64,000 nt of DNA, taken from the NCBI GenBank assembly GCA_048498055.1, contig JBEHYS010000014.1:10624-74623 (forward strand). Reading direction: 5' to 3'. Numbering within the stretch: position 1 is the first letter of the stretch; each line of letters begins with the position of its first letter. Source of the DNA: Bacteroidota bacterium (lineage in GTDB: Bacteria > Bacteroidota > Bacteroidia > Flavobacteriales > Flavobacteriaceae). The notes below the pieces were generated by a model. It did not search any database and was not told where the DNA came from. It worked only from the letters and a program-made list of their open reading frames with translations. The position numbers were made by a program, and so were the translations under genes. This document shows positions 28,081 to 37,236 of the stretch, piece after piece.

Positions 28081-28842
28081 TTAAATATATTTTTTGATGA
28101 CTCTGAGTTTGTGTGTATGCCGGTTGGTCTCCGCATTGTAAATCCCCAAATGGTCAAGCCGGTCGATCCGTACCTTGCCGCTTGCGTGGATGATGTAGTT
28201 GTTCTCCATGATGATTCCGACATGCGTGATCCGGCCTTCCTCGTTGTCAAAAAAAGCAAGATCGCCCGGTTCGCTTTCCTCGATGAAGCTCAGCGCATCG
28301 CCCTGTGTGGCCTGTTGCGAAGCGTCGCGGAGCAATTTATAGCCGTTGAGCTTGTAAGCCATTTGTGTAAACCCTGAACAATCCAGCCCGAACGGCGTTT
28401 TCCCGCCCCATAAATAAGGTGCGTTCATATACATAAAAGCCGTGCTGATGATGTTCGATTTCGGTTTGATGCCATTGGTCTTCAGTCCCTCAAAATCGAA
28501 ATTCTGGACATTGATGCTTTCATGATTCAAAAAAGACAACGATGCGCCCAAAGGAATCGGAAGCAGGAAATTATTCTGCGCCGTAACGTATTCGATCAAA
28601 TCGCCGTTCAGGACAATCGGGTCAGCCGACAATTGATCATAATCTGCCTGCGAGATCGGCTGAAACTGCTTGGTATCGATCCAGCCTTCATAATCGTCGT
28701 ACTGCAATCTGATCCGCGTCCATTGCGCTTTTTGCTCGGTCACTTCGAAATGTTCGCCAAACAATACCTGCGATACGATTTCGCTTTTGTCGCTGGGTTC
28801 AGCGCGCATGGGTACGATGGCAAGGTTACAAATTCCGAACAT
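28081..28842 (-). CDS. SH3b plus NlpC/P60 (C40) peptidase
   Basis: YLWGGKTPFGLDCSGF and HVGI; N-terminal SH3-like domain. Confidence 0.92.
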   Translation of the reverse strand: MFGICNLAIVPMRAEPSDKSEIVSQVLFGEHFEVTEQKAQWTRIRLQYDDYEGWIDTKQFQPISQADYDQLSADPIVLNGDLIEYVTAQNNFLLPIPLGASLSFLNHESINVQNFDFEGLKTNGIKPKSNIISTAFMYMNAPYLWGGKTPFGLDCSGFTQMAYKLNGYKLLRDASQQATQGDALSFIEESEPGDLAFFDNEEGRITHVGIIMENNYIIHASGKVRIDRLDHLGIYNAETNRHTHKLRVIKKYI

Positions 28843-28847
28843 TTTTA

Positions 28848-28947
28848 TAATGAATAATTTATAATTAAAAATTAATAATGACTATGGTTTCAGGTAACGA
28901 ATATTTACCGATTTCAAGACAATTATTCATTATTAATTATTAATTGA
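28848..28947. repeat. Inverted pair of AT-rich heptamer arrays
   Basis: TAATGAATAATT (28848-28859) and AATTATTCATTA (28921-28932) are exact reverse complements; both arms have 7-bp periodicity. Confidence 0.85.
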
Positions 28948-30126
28948 TCAAGCTCTTTCAACAACAATTGCCGAAGCGCCGCCGCCGCCGTTGCAGATCG
29001 CTGCCGCACCGATTTTGGCATTGTTCTGTTCCAGGACGTTGATCAGCGTAATAATGATTCTCACGCCCGATGCACCCAGTGGATGTCCTAACGAAACAGC
29101 GCCGCCGTTGACATTTACTTTTTTATCGTCCAGCCCGAGAATTTGGCAGTTAGCAATCCCCACGACCGAAAACGCTTCGTTGAACTCGAAGAAATCCACG
29201 TCATCGATCGAGATTCCCGCTTTGTCCAAAGCTTTCGGCAACGCTTTCGCCGGCGAGGTCGTGAACCATTTCGGTTCCTGTTCGGCGTCGGCATAACTTT
29301 TAATATAAGCCAAAGGTTTCAATCCGAGTGATTGCGCTTTTTCCTCGCTCATCAAAACCACAGCGCCCGCGCCGTCGTTGATTGTCGAGGCATTTGCCGC
29401 CGTAACGGTTCCTTCTTTGGTAAAGGCCGGGTTCAGTGTCGGGATTTTGTCGAGTTTGACATTGCTGTATTCTTCGTCTTTGGTAACCATAACCGGTTCA
29501 CCGCGGCGTTGCGGAACGGCCACCGGTATGACTTCGTTATCGAATTTCCCCGCTTCCCAGGCTTTGGCGGAACGCTCGTAGGATTGTATCGCAAATTTAT
29601 CCTGGTCTTCGCGCGAGATTTTATATTCCGTGGCACAGGCATCGGCATGTACGCCCATTGCGTTGTTGTCGTAAGCGTCAGCCAAACCGTCTTTCTGCAT
29701 GGCATCAACCAAAGACGTAGGGCCAAATTTGACGCCGTTGCGCATGTGTACCAGGTGCGGGATCAGGCTCATGTTTTCCATACCGCCGGCCACGACGATT
29801 TCAGCGTCGCCGCACATAATAGCTTGTGCGCCCTGCGTTACGGCTTTCATTCCGGAAGCGCAGACTTTATTTACGGTCGTTGCGATTACGCTGTCAGGCA
29901 ATCCGGCCAATCTTGAAGCCTGCCGCGCCGGCGCTTGTCCGTTTCCGGCCTGGACGACGTTGCCCATGATGACTTCGTCTACGAGGTTGTAGTCTAATTT
30001 TATCTTGTCGAGCGCACCCTTGATGGCCACGGCGCCCAATTGCGGCGCGGTAACGGTTGATAAGGCGCCCATGAAACTTCCGATCGGCGTTCTTGCAGCA
30101 GAAACGATAACAACTTTTTTGCTCAT
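28948..30126 (-). CDS. Acetyl-CoA C-acyltransferase (thiolase)
   Basis: Motifs [22 protein letters not shown] and CNGGGG; start at ATG 30126 (MSKKVVIVS). Confidence 0.95.
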   Translation of the reverse strand: MSKKVVIVSAARTPIGSFMGALSTVTAPQLGAVAIKGALDKIKLDYNLVDEVIMGNVVQAGNGQAPARQASRLAGLPDSVIATTVNKVCASGMKAVTQGAQAIMCGDAEIVVAGGMENMSLIPHLVHMRNGVKFGPTSLVDAMQKDGLADAYDNNAMGVHADACATEYKISREDQDKFAIQSYERSAKAWEAGKFDNEVIPVAVPQRRGEPVMVTKDEEYSNVKLDKIPTLNPAFTKEGTVTAANASTINDGAGAVVLMSEEKAQSLGLKPLAYIKSYADAEQEPKWFTTSPAKALPKALDKAGISIDDVDFFEFNEAFSVVGIANCQILGLDDKKVNVNGGAVSLGHPLGASGVRIIITLINVLEQNNAKIGAAAICNGGGGASAIVVERA

Positions 30127-30308
30127 TGTAGTTTGTAATTTAAGGTGCGAATTTAAGGATTTTAAAATAAATAGTAAATTACATGAGCAGATTATTAAAT
30201 GGATGCGAATGCGAAGCCTATGCATTTGATTGTTAGCGATTTTAACTTGCCCTAAGAAAAATTCTTCAAAAAATATAGTAATTACTTGTAAAATATATAT
30301 TAGAAACA

Positions 30309-30316
30309 TACATTTG
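30309..30316 (+). promoter_or_regulatory. -7 box TACATTTG for the tRNA-Ser/tRNA-Pro pair
   Basis: Consensus match 37 nt before tRNA-Ser. Confidence 0.6.
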
Positions 30317-30353
30317 CAACCGCTTAATTTAATTGAGCGTTCTTAGAAAAACA

Positions 30354-30437
30354 GGAGAGGTGCCGGAGTGGTAACGGAGCAGATTGCTAATCTGTCGGCG
30401 TGCAAACGTCGCCAGGGTTCGAGTCCCTGTCTCTCCG
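30354..30437 (+). tRNA. tRNA-Ser(GCT)
   Basis: GGAGAGG acceptor, anticodon arm GCAGA-TTGCTAA-TCTGT, long variable arm, GGTTCGAGTCC T arm. Confidence 0.96.
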
Positions 30438-30449
30438 CTGTTTTTTTTT

Positions 30450-30524
30450 CGGGGTGTAGCGTAGCCCGGTCATCGCGCCTGGTTTGGGACCAGGAGGTCG
30501 CAGGTTCGAATCCTGCCACCCCGA
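30450..30524 (+). tRNA. tRNA-Pro(TGG)
   Basis: CGGGGTG/CACCCCG acceptor, anticodon arm CCTGG-TTTGGGA-CCAGG, GGTTCGAATCC. Confidence 0.97.
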
Positions 30525-30530
30525 CAGACG

Positions 30531-30561
30531 AATCCCGACTGCATTGCAGTCGGGATTTTTT
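30531..30561 (+). terminator. Terminator after tRNA-Pro
   Basis: Perfect 13-bp inverted repeat AATCCCGACTGCA-T-TGCAGTCGGGATT followed by a T run. Confidence 0.8.
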
Positions 30562-30780
30562 ATTTGAGAAAAAATGCCAAGCTCGCTTGAGCATTTTTGA
30601 CGAAAATAAAAAATCCGTCAACGCTGCGAAGCAGCGTTGGATTTGCCTGAATCAATCCCAAACTCAGGATCACGCGCTTGCGCGTAATCCTGAAAATCTT
30701 CAATGTTTACTTGAATTTCTCGAGATAGTTCAAATTAAAACGACAGGGGAAATCTAAAGACAATCCTTCCGGTAAGATCC

Positions 30781-30865
30781 GCCCGCGTTAGGGATTGTAG
30801 CGGAAAGCCCGGAGCGCAGCGAGGACTTGCAGCGAAAAGCCCGGCCCGCAGGGCAACGCCCAAAA
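30781..30865 (-). repeat. Dispersed structured repeat, copy 1 (same ends as 44108-44223; central module shared with 63184-63277)
   Basis: GCCCGCGTTAGGGAT...AAAGCCCGGCC...GGCAACGCCCAAAA; strand assigned by match to the 63.2-kb copy. Confidence 0.85.
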
Positions 30866-30906
30866 GCAAAAAATCCAAGACAATAAAGATTATCTTGGAT
30901 TTGGAA

Positions 30907-30923
30907 GTGATCGCACTAGGATT
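30907..30923 (-). repeat. 17-bp duplicate of the tRNA-Arg 3' end (att-like direct repeat)
   Basis: GTGATCGCACTAGGATT at 30907-30923 and at 31022-31038. Confidence 0.9.
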
Positions 30924-31022
30924 TGCTACGATATCCTTACAGCGCTCCGCGCTGAAAAACAAAAAACCGAAAATAAATCCGAAAGCGAGCTTTCATTTAT
31001 TTTCCGGTTTTTGTTTTATTCG

Positions 31023-31096
<74 letters not shown>

Positions 31097-31185
31097 ATTT
31101 TTCGAGGTGCAAATATAATCGTATAAATTGGATTTGGCAACAGAATAAAACCAATCGTCAAATTTTTATTACTTTTAAAACAAAA

Positions 31186-31797
31186 ATGCGTTTTCTCAAA
31201 TTTCTGCTTTTCTTTTTTCCTGTAGCGTTTTTCGGCCAGCCCAAGATCCCCGATACTACTTTTGTCAACCTCAAAGACTACAGCGCCGATTTCGTCTATG
31301 ACATGAAATACGCCACGACCGATAATTTCCTCAAGGCAAAAGTTTACGATTGTGCGCAGTGCTATCTTCGGTATAAAACCATCAAAGCGCTGATGGCGGC
31401 AAATAATGAATTTGAAAAGAAAGGATATCGGATTAAATTGTTCGATTGTTACCGGCCGCTTTCAATCCAGAAAAGGATGTGGACGATCGTTTCCGATCCG
31501 AAATACGTCGCCGACCCTGCGAAAGGTTCGATCCACAACCGCGGCGGCGCAGTCGATATGACCATCGTTGACGGAAGCGGCAAAGCAGTCGATATGGGAA
31601 CGCCGTTCGATTTTTTCGGCCCCGAGGCAGCGCACGATTTCAAGGGTTTGCCCGGGAAAGTAAAGAAAAACCGAAAATATCTGCGAAAAGTCATGGAACG
31701 CAACGGCTTCAAAACCTTCGAATCGGAATGGTGGCACTATAACCTGGACAATTCCGGGAAAGATGCGTTGTCCGATTTCCGCTGGCCCTGTGATTAA
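31186..31797 (+). CDS. M15 family D-Ala-D-Ala dipeptidase (VanX/DdpX-like), exported
   Basis: Motifs DCYRP, SIHNRGGAVD and EWWHY; signal peptide from ATG 31186. Confidence 0.92.
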   Translation: MRFLKFLLFFFPVAFFGQPKIPDTTFVNLKDYSADFVYDMKYATTDNFLKAKVYDCAQCYLRYKTIKALMAANNEFEKKGYRIKLFDCYRPLSIQKRMWTIVSDPKYVADPAKGSIHNRGGAVDMTIVDGSGKAVDMGTPFDFFGPEAAHDFKGLPGKVKKNRKYLRKVMERNGFKTFESEWWHYNLDNSGKDALSDFRWPCD

Positions 31798-32360
31798 TCT
31801 TCGAGGCAGTGCAGCGTATCGATGAAATAGTTTCCGGGCCGATAGGTTTGCCCGTCCAGTTCCGATTTCAGCTCTTCTTTAAAAATATAATCGACGGTTT
31901 CGGTCGTGTATTTTATCCGCATCAGCGAAACCGGTGAACTCTTCAACTCCGAAAAAGCATCTTTTGGAAAGAGGAAAAAACCCGTGAGTATGCCGTTATT
32001 GGCTTCGTCAATCCGAACGCCGGTGCCGCATTGCTGCTGGTCGATATGGAGCAGCGTAACGATTTTCCCATCATCGAGCTGCAGGTAAATCCTTGAATTT
32101 TTGTCGAGGCAGTTGGCCTTGATGAAATCCTTGCTCTTTTGCAGGAATTGCACGTTGAGTGTCGGCAATCCGTCGGTAAGGGCCAGCGAAAAATAGATAT
32201 AGGATTGGTTCCCGGCAAAATTCCGTTCGTAAACCGGATAGTTTTTCGTTGCCTTGTAATCGCCGATCGAATCCGTGACGTTGGTGCTGAAGTCGCAAGG
32301 GTTCTGCGCTTTGAGTGAAACGGCAAACAGAGCGATGGTAAAAGTGAGGAAGAATTTCAT
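31794..32360 (-). CDS. Hypothetical exported protein
   Basis: Signal peptide MKFFLTFTIALFAVSLKA-Q; protein-like composition; in an operon with the upstream genes. Confidence 0.75.
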   Translation of the reverse strand: MKFFLTFTIALFAVSLKAQNPCDFSTNVTDSIGDYKATKNYPVYERNFAGNQSYIYFSLALTDGLPTLNVQFLQKSKDFIKANCLDKNSRIYLQLDDGKIVTLLHIDQQQCGTGVRIDEANNGILTGFFLFPKDAFSELKSSPVSLMRIKYTTETVDYIFKEELKSELDGQTYRPGNYFIDTLHCLED

Positions 32361-32362
32361 GT

Positions 32363-33538
32363 TCAGATTTTGGTGCAAATTAAAACTATTTTATCGTTAT
32401 TGAGGTCGGTCGTAAAAAAACAGAAGGTTTGGCCGCCATCGGCAATTTTCCATTTTTTCCGGATCGTTTCGACCGTATCGGGGAAATTCCGCACCGTGAT
32501 GTTGGCTTGTGTTTTTTCCAACGGCTTCATTGTTGTTTTGCCGTAAGGCACTGTTTGATTGATCTTAAACACGCGTCCGGGAAAATCCGGAACGAATTCA
32601 TCGGAAGTATAAAGGTGCGAATGCCGATGCAGTTTCGGAATTCCGTACGCCGCGCCGATCTGCTCAAAACCGCCCGATTTCATTATCGCTGCATTGGGCT
32701 CATATAAATATTTCCCGGGCAGGGCGTAGGTTGCCGTTTCTTGTCGGCCCGCAAAAAAGCCGAAAACCATTTCTCCGTCTTTTGAAAAATCGACCGCCTC
32801 GATCCGGATTTCGCCTGAAAATCCTTTTTCCAATTCCCAAAGCAGTTCCTTGACTTCACTGCGGACTGAAACGATGTGGATGCTTTTTACCTGCGAAAGT
32901 TCTGATAATCCGGCTGAAATATCCAGCAGTGGCGCGGTTTTGATCAGAATGCGGTCCGAAAATGAAAAATACGATTCGAGATTTTCGGGAACATTCGGCA
33001 GGCAATCCGCGAGTAGGAAAACTTTGCCTTTTGCATCGCTGCGTCGCGACGGATCGATGTAGATCCAATCCCAAATGCAGTTAGATTTTTTGAGGATTTC
33101 GATACTGTCGCCGACTATACAGTTTATGTTTTCGGCGCCAAAAACCTTGAAATTGTGCGCGACGATTTCCGACAATTCGGGATTGATTTCACAATGTGCG
33201 ACACACTCAAAACGCTTGGAAAAATAAAAATCGTCCACGCCGAAACCGCCCGAAAGATCGATCAGCGTTTTTCCCGAAACGAGCCGTGATTTGTACTGAG
33301 CAGTGATTTCCGAGGAAGTTTGTTCAACCGAAACCTTGGAAGGATAAAGGATGTTCTTCGTATTGAACCATGTCGGGAGTTTGTCCTTGGCTTTGGTTTT
33401 CGCCGAAATCTGAGCGATAACCGCAATCCAGTCCGTTCCCGGAAACGGATTTTTGGACAGCGCGAGTTTCACGACATCGCTTCCGATATGGTCGTTTACG
33501 AATCGTTGGATGTCAGGATTTAACAACTCGCGGTTCAC
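32363..33538 (-). CDS. Class I SAM-dependent methyltransferase with a THUMP-like C-terminal domain
   Basis: IDLSGGFGVDD (SAM motif I), IYIDPSRR and YEPNAAIMKSG. Confidence 0.8.
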   Translation of the reverse strand: MNRELLNPDIQRFVNDHIGSDVVKLALSKNPFPGTDWIAVIAQISAKTKAKDKLPTWFNTKNILYPSKVSVEQTSSEITAQYKSRLVSGKTLIDLSGGFGVDDFYFSKRFECVAHCEINPELSEIVAHNFKVFGAENINCIVGDSIEILKKSNCIWDWIYIDPSRRSDAKGKVFLLADCLPNVPENLESYFSFSDRILIKTAPLLDISAGLSELSQVKSIHIVSVRSEVKELLWELEKGFSGEIRIEAVDFSKDGEMVFGFFAGRQETATYALPGKYLYEPNAAIMKSGGFEQIGAAYGIPKLHRHSHLYTSDEFVPDFPGRVFKINQTVPYGKTTMKPLEKTQANITVRNFPDTVETIRKKWKIADGGQTFCFFTTDLNNDKIVLICTKI

Positions 33539-34177
33539 CTAATTCCTGAAAATGTAATTGATGATGTTGGCGCCCATTTTCAGCGCCTTTTCGCGGACGT
33601 CGGCCGGATCGTTGTGTACTTCCGGATCTTCCCAGCCGTCGCCGAGGTCGGTTTCATACGTATAGAGCAGTACCAGCCGGTTATCGACGAAAATGCCGAA
33701 AGCCTGCGGCCGTTTTCCGTCGTGCTCGTGGATTTTCGGGCAACCGGCCGGAAACGGAAAGGGTTTTTGAAAAATCGGATGGCTTGCCGGAAGCTCGACC
33801 AAGTCTTTATCGGGAAAGATCCGCTTGATTTCGCGCCGGATGTATTGATCCATCCCGTAATTGTCGTCGGCATGCAAAAAGCCGCCGGAAGTCAGGTAAT
33901 TCCTGAGATTGATGATTTCGGCGTCGCTGAAAACCACGTTGCCGTGCCCGGTCATGTGCACGAACGGGTAAGAGAACAAATCCGGACTTCCGGGTTCGAC
34001 CGTCGGGATTTTGGTTTTCAGGTTTGTCCCGATTGTGCGATTGCAGTATTTGGCGAGGTTCGGCAAAGACGTCGGATTGGCATACCAGTCGCCGCCGCCG
34101 TTGTATTTCAACAGCGCGATTTCCTGCGAGAAACCACAGGCGGAAACAAATAACAATGCGAGGATAAATTTTTTCAT
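33539..34177 (-). CDS. DUF4159 domain protein
   Basis: Motifs GGGDWY, YLTSGGFLHADDNYG and DLGDGWED; start at ATG 34177. Confidence 0.85.
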   Translation of the reverse strand: MKKFILALLFVSACGFSQEIALLKYNGGGDWYANPTSLPNLAKYCNRTIGTNLKTKIPTVEPGSPDLFSYPFVHMTGHGNVVFSDAEIINLRNYLTSGGFLHADDNYGMDQYIRREIKRIFPDKDLVELPASHPIFQKPFPFPAGCPKIHEHDGKRPQAFGIFVDNRLVLLYTYETDLGDGWEDPEVHNDPADVREKALKMGANIINYIFRN

Positions 34178-35340
34178 GATTTGATTTGCTGCAGGATTTC
34201 GTCGGCCTTGTCGGTATTCCATTTGTAATTGACAGCCATGGCCCTGGCTTTTTCGCCCCATTCCCGAGCATTTTTCGTATCGCCGGCCTTGAGATAGAGC
34301 CGTGCGATGACGATGAGCGTGTCATACGATTCTTTCAGCTCAAGCGAACGTTTGCTCCATTCGATGGCATCGGCCAGTTCCTGTTTGCCGGAAAGGTCGT
34401 TCATGTAAACCATCGCGATTTCCTTGAGTTGCTGGGCGTTGTCCCAGGAAAATCTTTTGACGCCGACGGCAGTTGCTTTGCGGTAACTCTTCCAGTTTTT
34501 AGTGTTTTCGAGGATTTTCAGGTCGTAATTGTAAACCAGCGAATCGGTTTTGCGCAGCCCGATCATCGCCGCTGCGCCGCGTTTTTTGAAGTAATTCACC
34601 GTATCCGAAACTTCCACGTACGGATTGAGCCATTCCTGGACCATGTTGATAATTTTCTTTTCAACGCGCTTTTTCGAGGAAACGGTTGCGAATTGGTCCT
34701 GATTTTTGAGCACATACTGGAATTCCCGCGAATTGATGTCGCGGATGCCGTTGGCGATGATTCTCCAGTTTACCGCGCTGACGAGCTGCGGATCAGTTTG
34801 CGTGGACAGGTATTTTTTTGCCGCCGGTTCCGTATCCATATTGCTTCTTCGCAGCGCCGAAACGTACGAAAGGCATTTTTCGGCATTGGTGACGTCCTTT
34901 TCGAATTCCGATTTCAGGTAAGGGAATTGTTTTTTCTCATCGAGCGCGTTTTTGGCTTCCTGTATAATCTGATCCGCGGTGTATTCGGCCGAACTGCTGT
35001 AAAGGAATTCACCTTCTGGGCTAAAAAAGACGAATGCCGGATAAGATTTGATGTGCAATTCCTTCCGCAGCGCCGGACCTTCGCCCAATTCCATGTCCTG
35101 CCAAGCACAGACGAAATTCCTGTTGAAGAAATCGGCAACGACCGTATCGGTAAACACTTCTTTTTTCATTTTGTTGCAATGTGGGCACCAAGTGGCGTAA
35201 CCCATAAAAAACAAGGGTTTGTGCTGTGCTTTGGCTTCTTTCAGGTGATCGGCGAGCTTGCCTTCTCGAAAATTGACTTTGGGCTGCGCATGGGCTGCGA
35301 AGCAAAAAAGCGCCAGTAAAAAAACAATATTCCTTTTCAT
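34174..35340 (-). CDS. Exported thioredoxin-family protein with a helical/TPR-like C-terminal region
   Basis: Signal peptide AHA-Q; WCPHC motif and SYP cis-Pro loop. Confidence 0.85.
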   Translation of the reverse strand: MKRNIVFLLALFCFAAHAQPKVNFREGKLADHLKEAKAQHKPLFFMGYATWCPHCNKMKKEVFTDTVVADFFNRNFVCAWQDMELGEGPALRKELHIKSYPAFVFFSPEGEFLYSSSAEYTADQIIQEAKNALDEKKQFPYLKSEFEKDVTNAEKCLSYVSALRRSNMDTEPAAKKYLSTQTDPQLVSAVNWRIIANGIRDINSREFQYVLKNQDQFATVSSKKRVEKKIINMVQEWLNPYVEVSDTVNYFKKRGAAAMIGLRKTDSLVYNYDLKILENTKNWKSYRKATAVGVKRFSWDNAQQLKEIAMVYMNDLSGKQELADAIEWSKRSLELKESYDTLIVIARLYLKAGDTKNAREWGEKARAMAVNYKWNTDKADEILQQIKS

Positions 35341-35341
35341 A

Positions 35342-36046
35342 TTATTCATTGATGAAAACCACGGTATGACAGGCCGCGATGGCAGCGGTTTCGGTGCGCA
35401 GCCGCGTATTGCCCAAAGATACCGGATTGTAGCCGTTTTCCAATGCAAGTTTGATTTCGGCTGCCGAAAAATCGCCTTCCGGCCCGATCAGGATTGTCGC
35501 GTCCTGCCCGGCTATAACGGAATCTTTCAGCGATTTCTTATCGGTTTCCTCACAATGGGCGATGAAAAGCTGTCCGTTTTTTTTCGATTTCATGAAATCC
35601 TTGAATGAAACCGGCTCGTTCAGTTTCGGCAGATAATATTGAAGCGACTGCTTCATCGCCGACTGGATGATCTTGTCGAACCGTTCGGTCTTGATAATTT
35701 TCCGCTCCGAATGGTCGCAGATCAGCGGCGTGATTTCGCCGACGCCCATTTCGGTGGCCTTTTCGAGAAACCATTCGTAGCGATCGTTCATCTTGGTCGG
35801 CGCGACGGCGAGGTGCAGACGGTATTCCGGTTTTTCTTTTTGCTGGAAACCGACGATTTTCACGGTGCATTTGTTATCCGAAGCCAACGTGATTTCCGCT
35901 TGAAACAAAAAACCCAAACCGTTGGTTACATGCAAAATATCACTTTCTTTTTTGCGAAGGACTTTAACGATGTGACGGCTTTCTTCGCGGTCAAACGAAA
36001 AGCCTTCGGTGGTCTGGTCGATATCCGGATTGTAGAACAATTGCAT
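35342..36046 (-). CDS. rsmE: 16S rRNA m3U1498 methyltransferase
   Basis: Motifs HIVKVLR, EKATEMG, IGPEGDFS and RLRTETA. Confidence 0.95.
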   Translation of the reverse strand: MQLFYNPDIDQTTEGFSFDREESRHIVKVLRKKESDILHVTNGLGFLFQAEITLASDNKCTVKIVGFQQKEKPEYRLHLAVAPTKMNDRYEWFLEKATEMGVGEITPLICDHSERKIIKTERFDKIIQSAMKQSLQYYLPKLNEPVSFKDFMKSKKNGQLFIAHCEETDKKSLKDSVIAGQDATILIGPEGDFSAAEIKLALENGYNPVSLGNTRLRTETAAIAACHTVVFINE

Positions 36047-36047
36047 G

Positions 36048-37064
36048 TCAGAAGCGGGCTTTTGAAACGACCGAAGCCGTCTCGAAATCGCCGTTTAAAA
36101 ATTTATAATAGCCGGCAATCCCGATCATTCCGGCGTTGTCGGTCGTGTACTCGAATTTAGGAATGAAGGTTTTCCATCCGTATTTTTCCTCGGCCTCCTT
36201 CAGCGTTTTGCGGATGCCCGAATTGGCCGATACGCCGCCGCCGATCGCGATTTGCGTGATTCCGGTTTCGCCGGCTGCAAGTTTGAGTTTGTCCATCAGG
36301 ATTTCGATGATCGTATGTTGTACCGAAGCGCAGATGTCGTCAAGGTTTTCTTCGATGAACTTCGGATTTTCATCCACGTTTTTCCGGATGAAATATAAAA
36401 TTGCGGTTTTCAGTCCCGAAAAGCTGAAATCGAGCCCCGGAACTTTCGGTTTTGTAAAAGTGAACGCTTTCGGGTTTCCGGATTGCGCGTGCTTGTCGAC
36501 CAATGGCCCGCCGGGATAGGGCAGACCAATAATTTTGGCTGTTTTGTCAAACGCTTCGCCGACCGCGTCGTCAGTGGTTTCGCCGATGACTTCCATATCG
36601 AAATAATCATTGACCTTAACGATTTGTGTATGCCCGCCGCTGATGGTCAGGGCCAGGAACGGGAAATCGGGCTTTTGCTGCGTCGGCTCATCGATAAAAT
36701 GCGCCAAAATGTGCGCCTGCATGTGGTCGATCGCAATCAGCGGAATATCGAGCGCCAACGCAAACGACTTTGCAAAAGAACTGCCCACGAGCAGCGAACC
36801 CATAAGGCCCGGGCCTTGCGTAAAGGCAATCGCAGACAATTGCTCTTTTTTTATACCGGCTTTTTGCAACGCCGCATCAACCACAGGGACGATATTTTGC
36901 TGGTGCGCGCGCGAAGCCAGTTCGGGCACCACGCCGCCGTATTGCTGGTGGATTAACTGATTGGCCACAACATTCGACAGCATTTTGTCGTTCTCTAAAA
37001 CGGCTGCGGCCGTGTCGTCGCACGAGCTTTCCAGGGCAAGAATGAATACAGGGCTTTGAGGCAT
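36048..37064 (-). CDS. tsaD: tRNA N6-adenosine threonylcarbamoyltransferase
   Basis: Motifs ESSCDDT, GGVVPELASR, HMQAH, SFSGLKT and DNAGMIG; start could be 37064 or further upstream. Confidence 0.96.
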   Translation of the reverse strand: MPQSPVFILALESSCDDTAAAVLENDKMLSNVVANQLIHQQYGGVVPELASRAHQQNIVPVVDAALQKAGIKKEQLSAIAFTQGPGLMGSLLVGSSFAKSFALALDIPLIAIDHMQAHILAHFIDEPTQQKPDFPFLALTISGGHTQIVKVNDYFDMEVIGETTDDAVGEAFDKTAKIIGLPYPGGPLVDKHAQSGNPKAFTFTKPKVPGLDFSFSGLKTAILYFIRKNVDENPKFIEENLDDICASVQHTIIEILMDKLKLAAGETGITQIAIGGGVSANSGIRKTLKEAEEKYGWKTFIPKFEYTTDNAGMIGIAGYYKFLNGDFETASVVSKARF

Positions 37065-37236
37065 TGCAATTACTCGATATTTTTGGAGTTTTATTAACAA
37101 TCAGCTGTAAAAAAATCTTATTTTTACGGCGAAGCCAAAATTGTAGGTTTTGCAAAGCCGAAACGATACAATTTTGCGAAGCCAAAATTAAAGATTTTTT
37201 GCCTTGCCCAGCGATTCCGCAGGCAAAATAATTATC

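Noticed and set aside
30127-30309. N-terminal extensions given by the ORF track (thiolase; similarly ptrB, clpC, the VanX-like gene, DUF4159 and thioredoxin)
   Set aside because: They run through promoters, tRNAs or neighbouring genes; downstream ATGs match family N-termini or signal peptides.
30343-30757. ORFs of 92 and 129 aa over the tRNA region
   Set aside because: They overlap tRNA-Ser, tRNA-Pro and the hairpin stack; no coding features.
31186-31797. Vancomycin resistance determinant
   Set aside because: A lone exported M15 dipeptidase without vanA, vanH, vanR or vanS; common in Gram-negative chromosomes.
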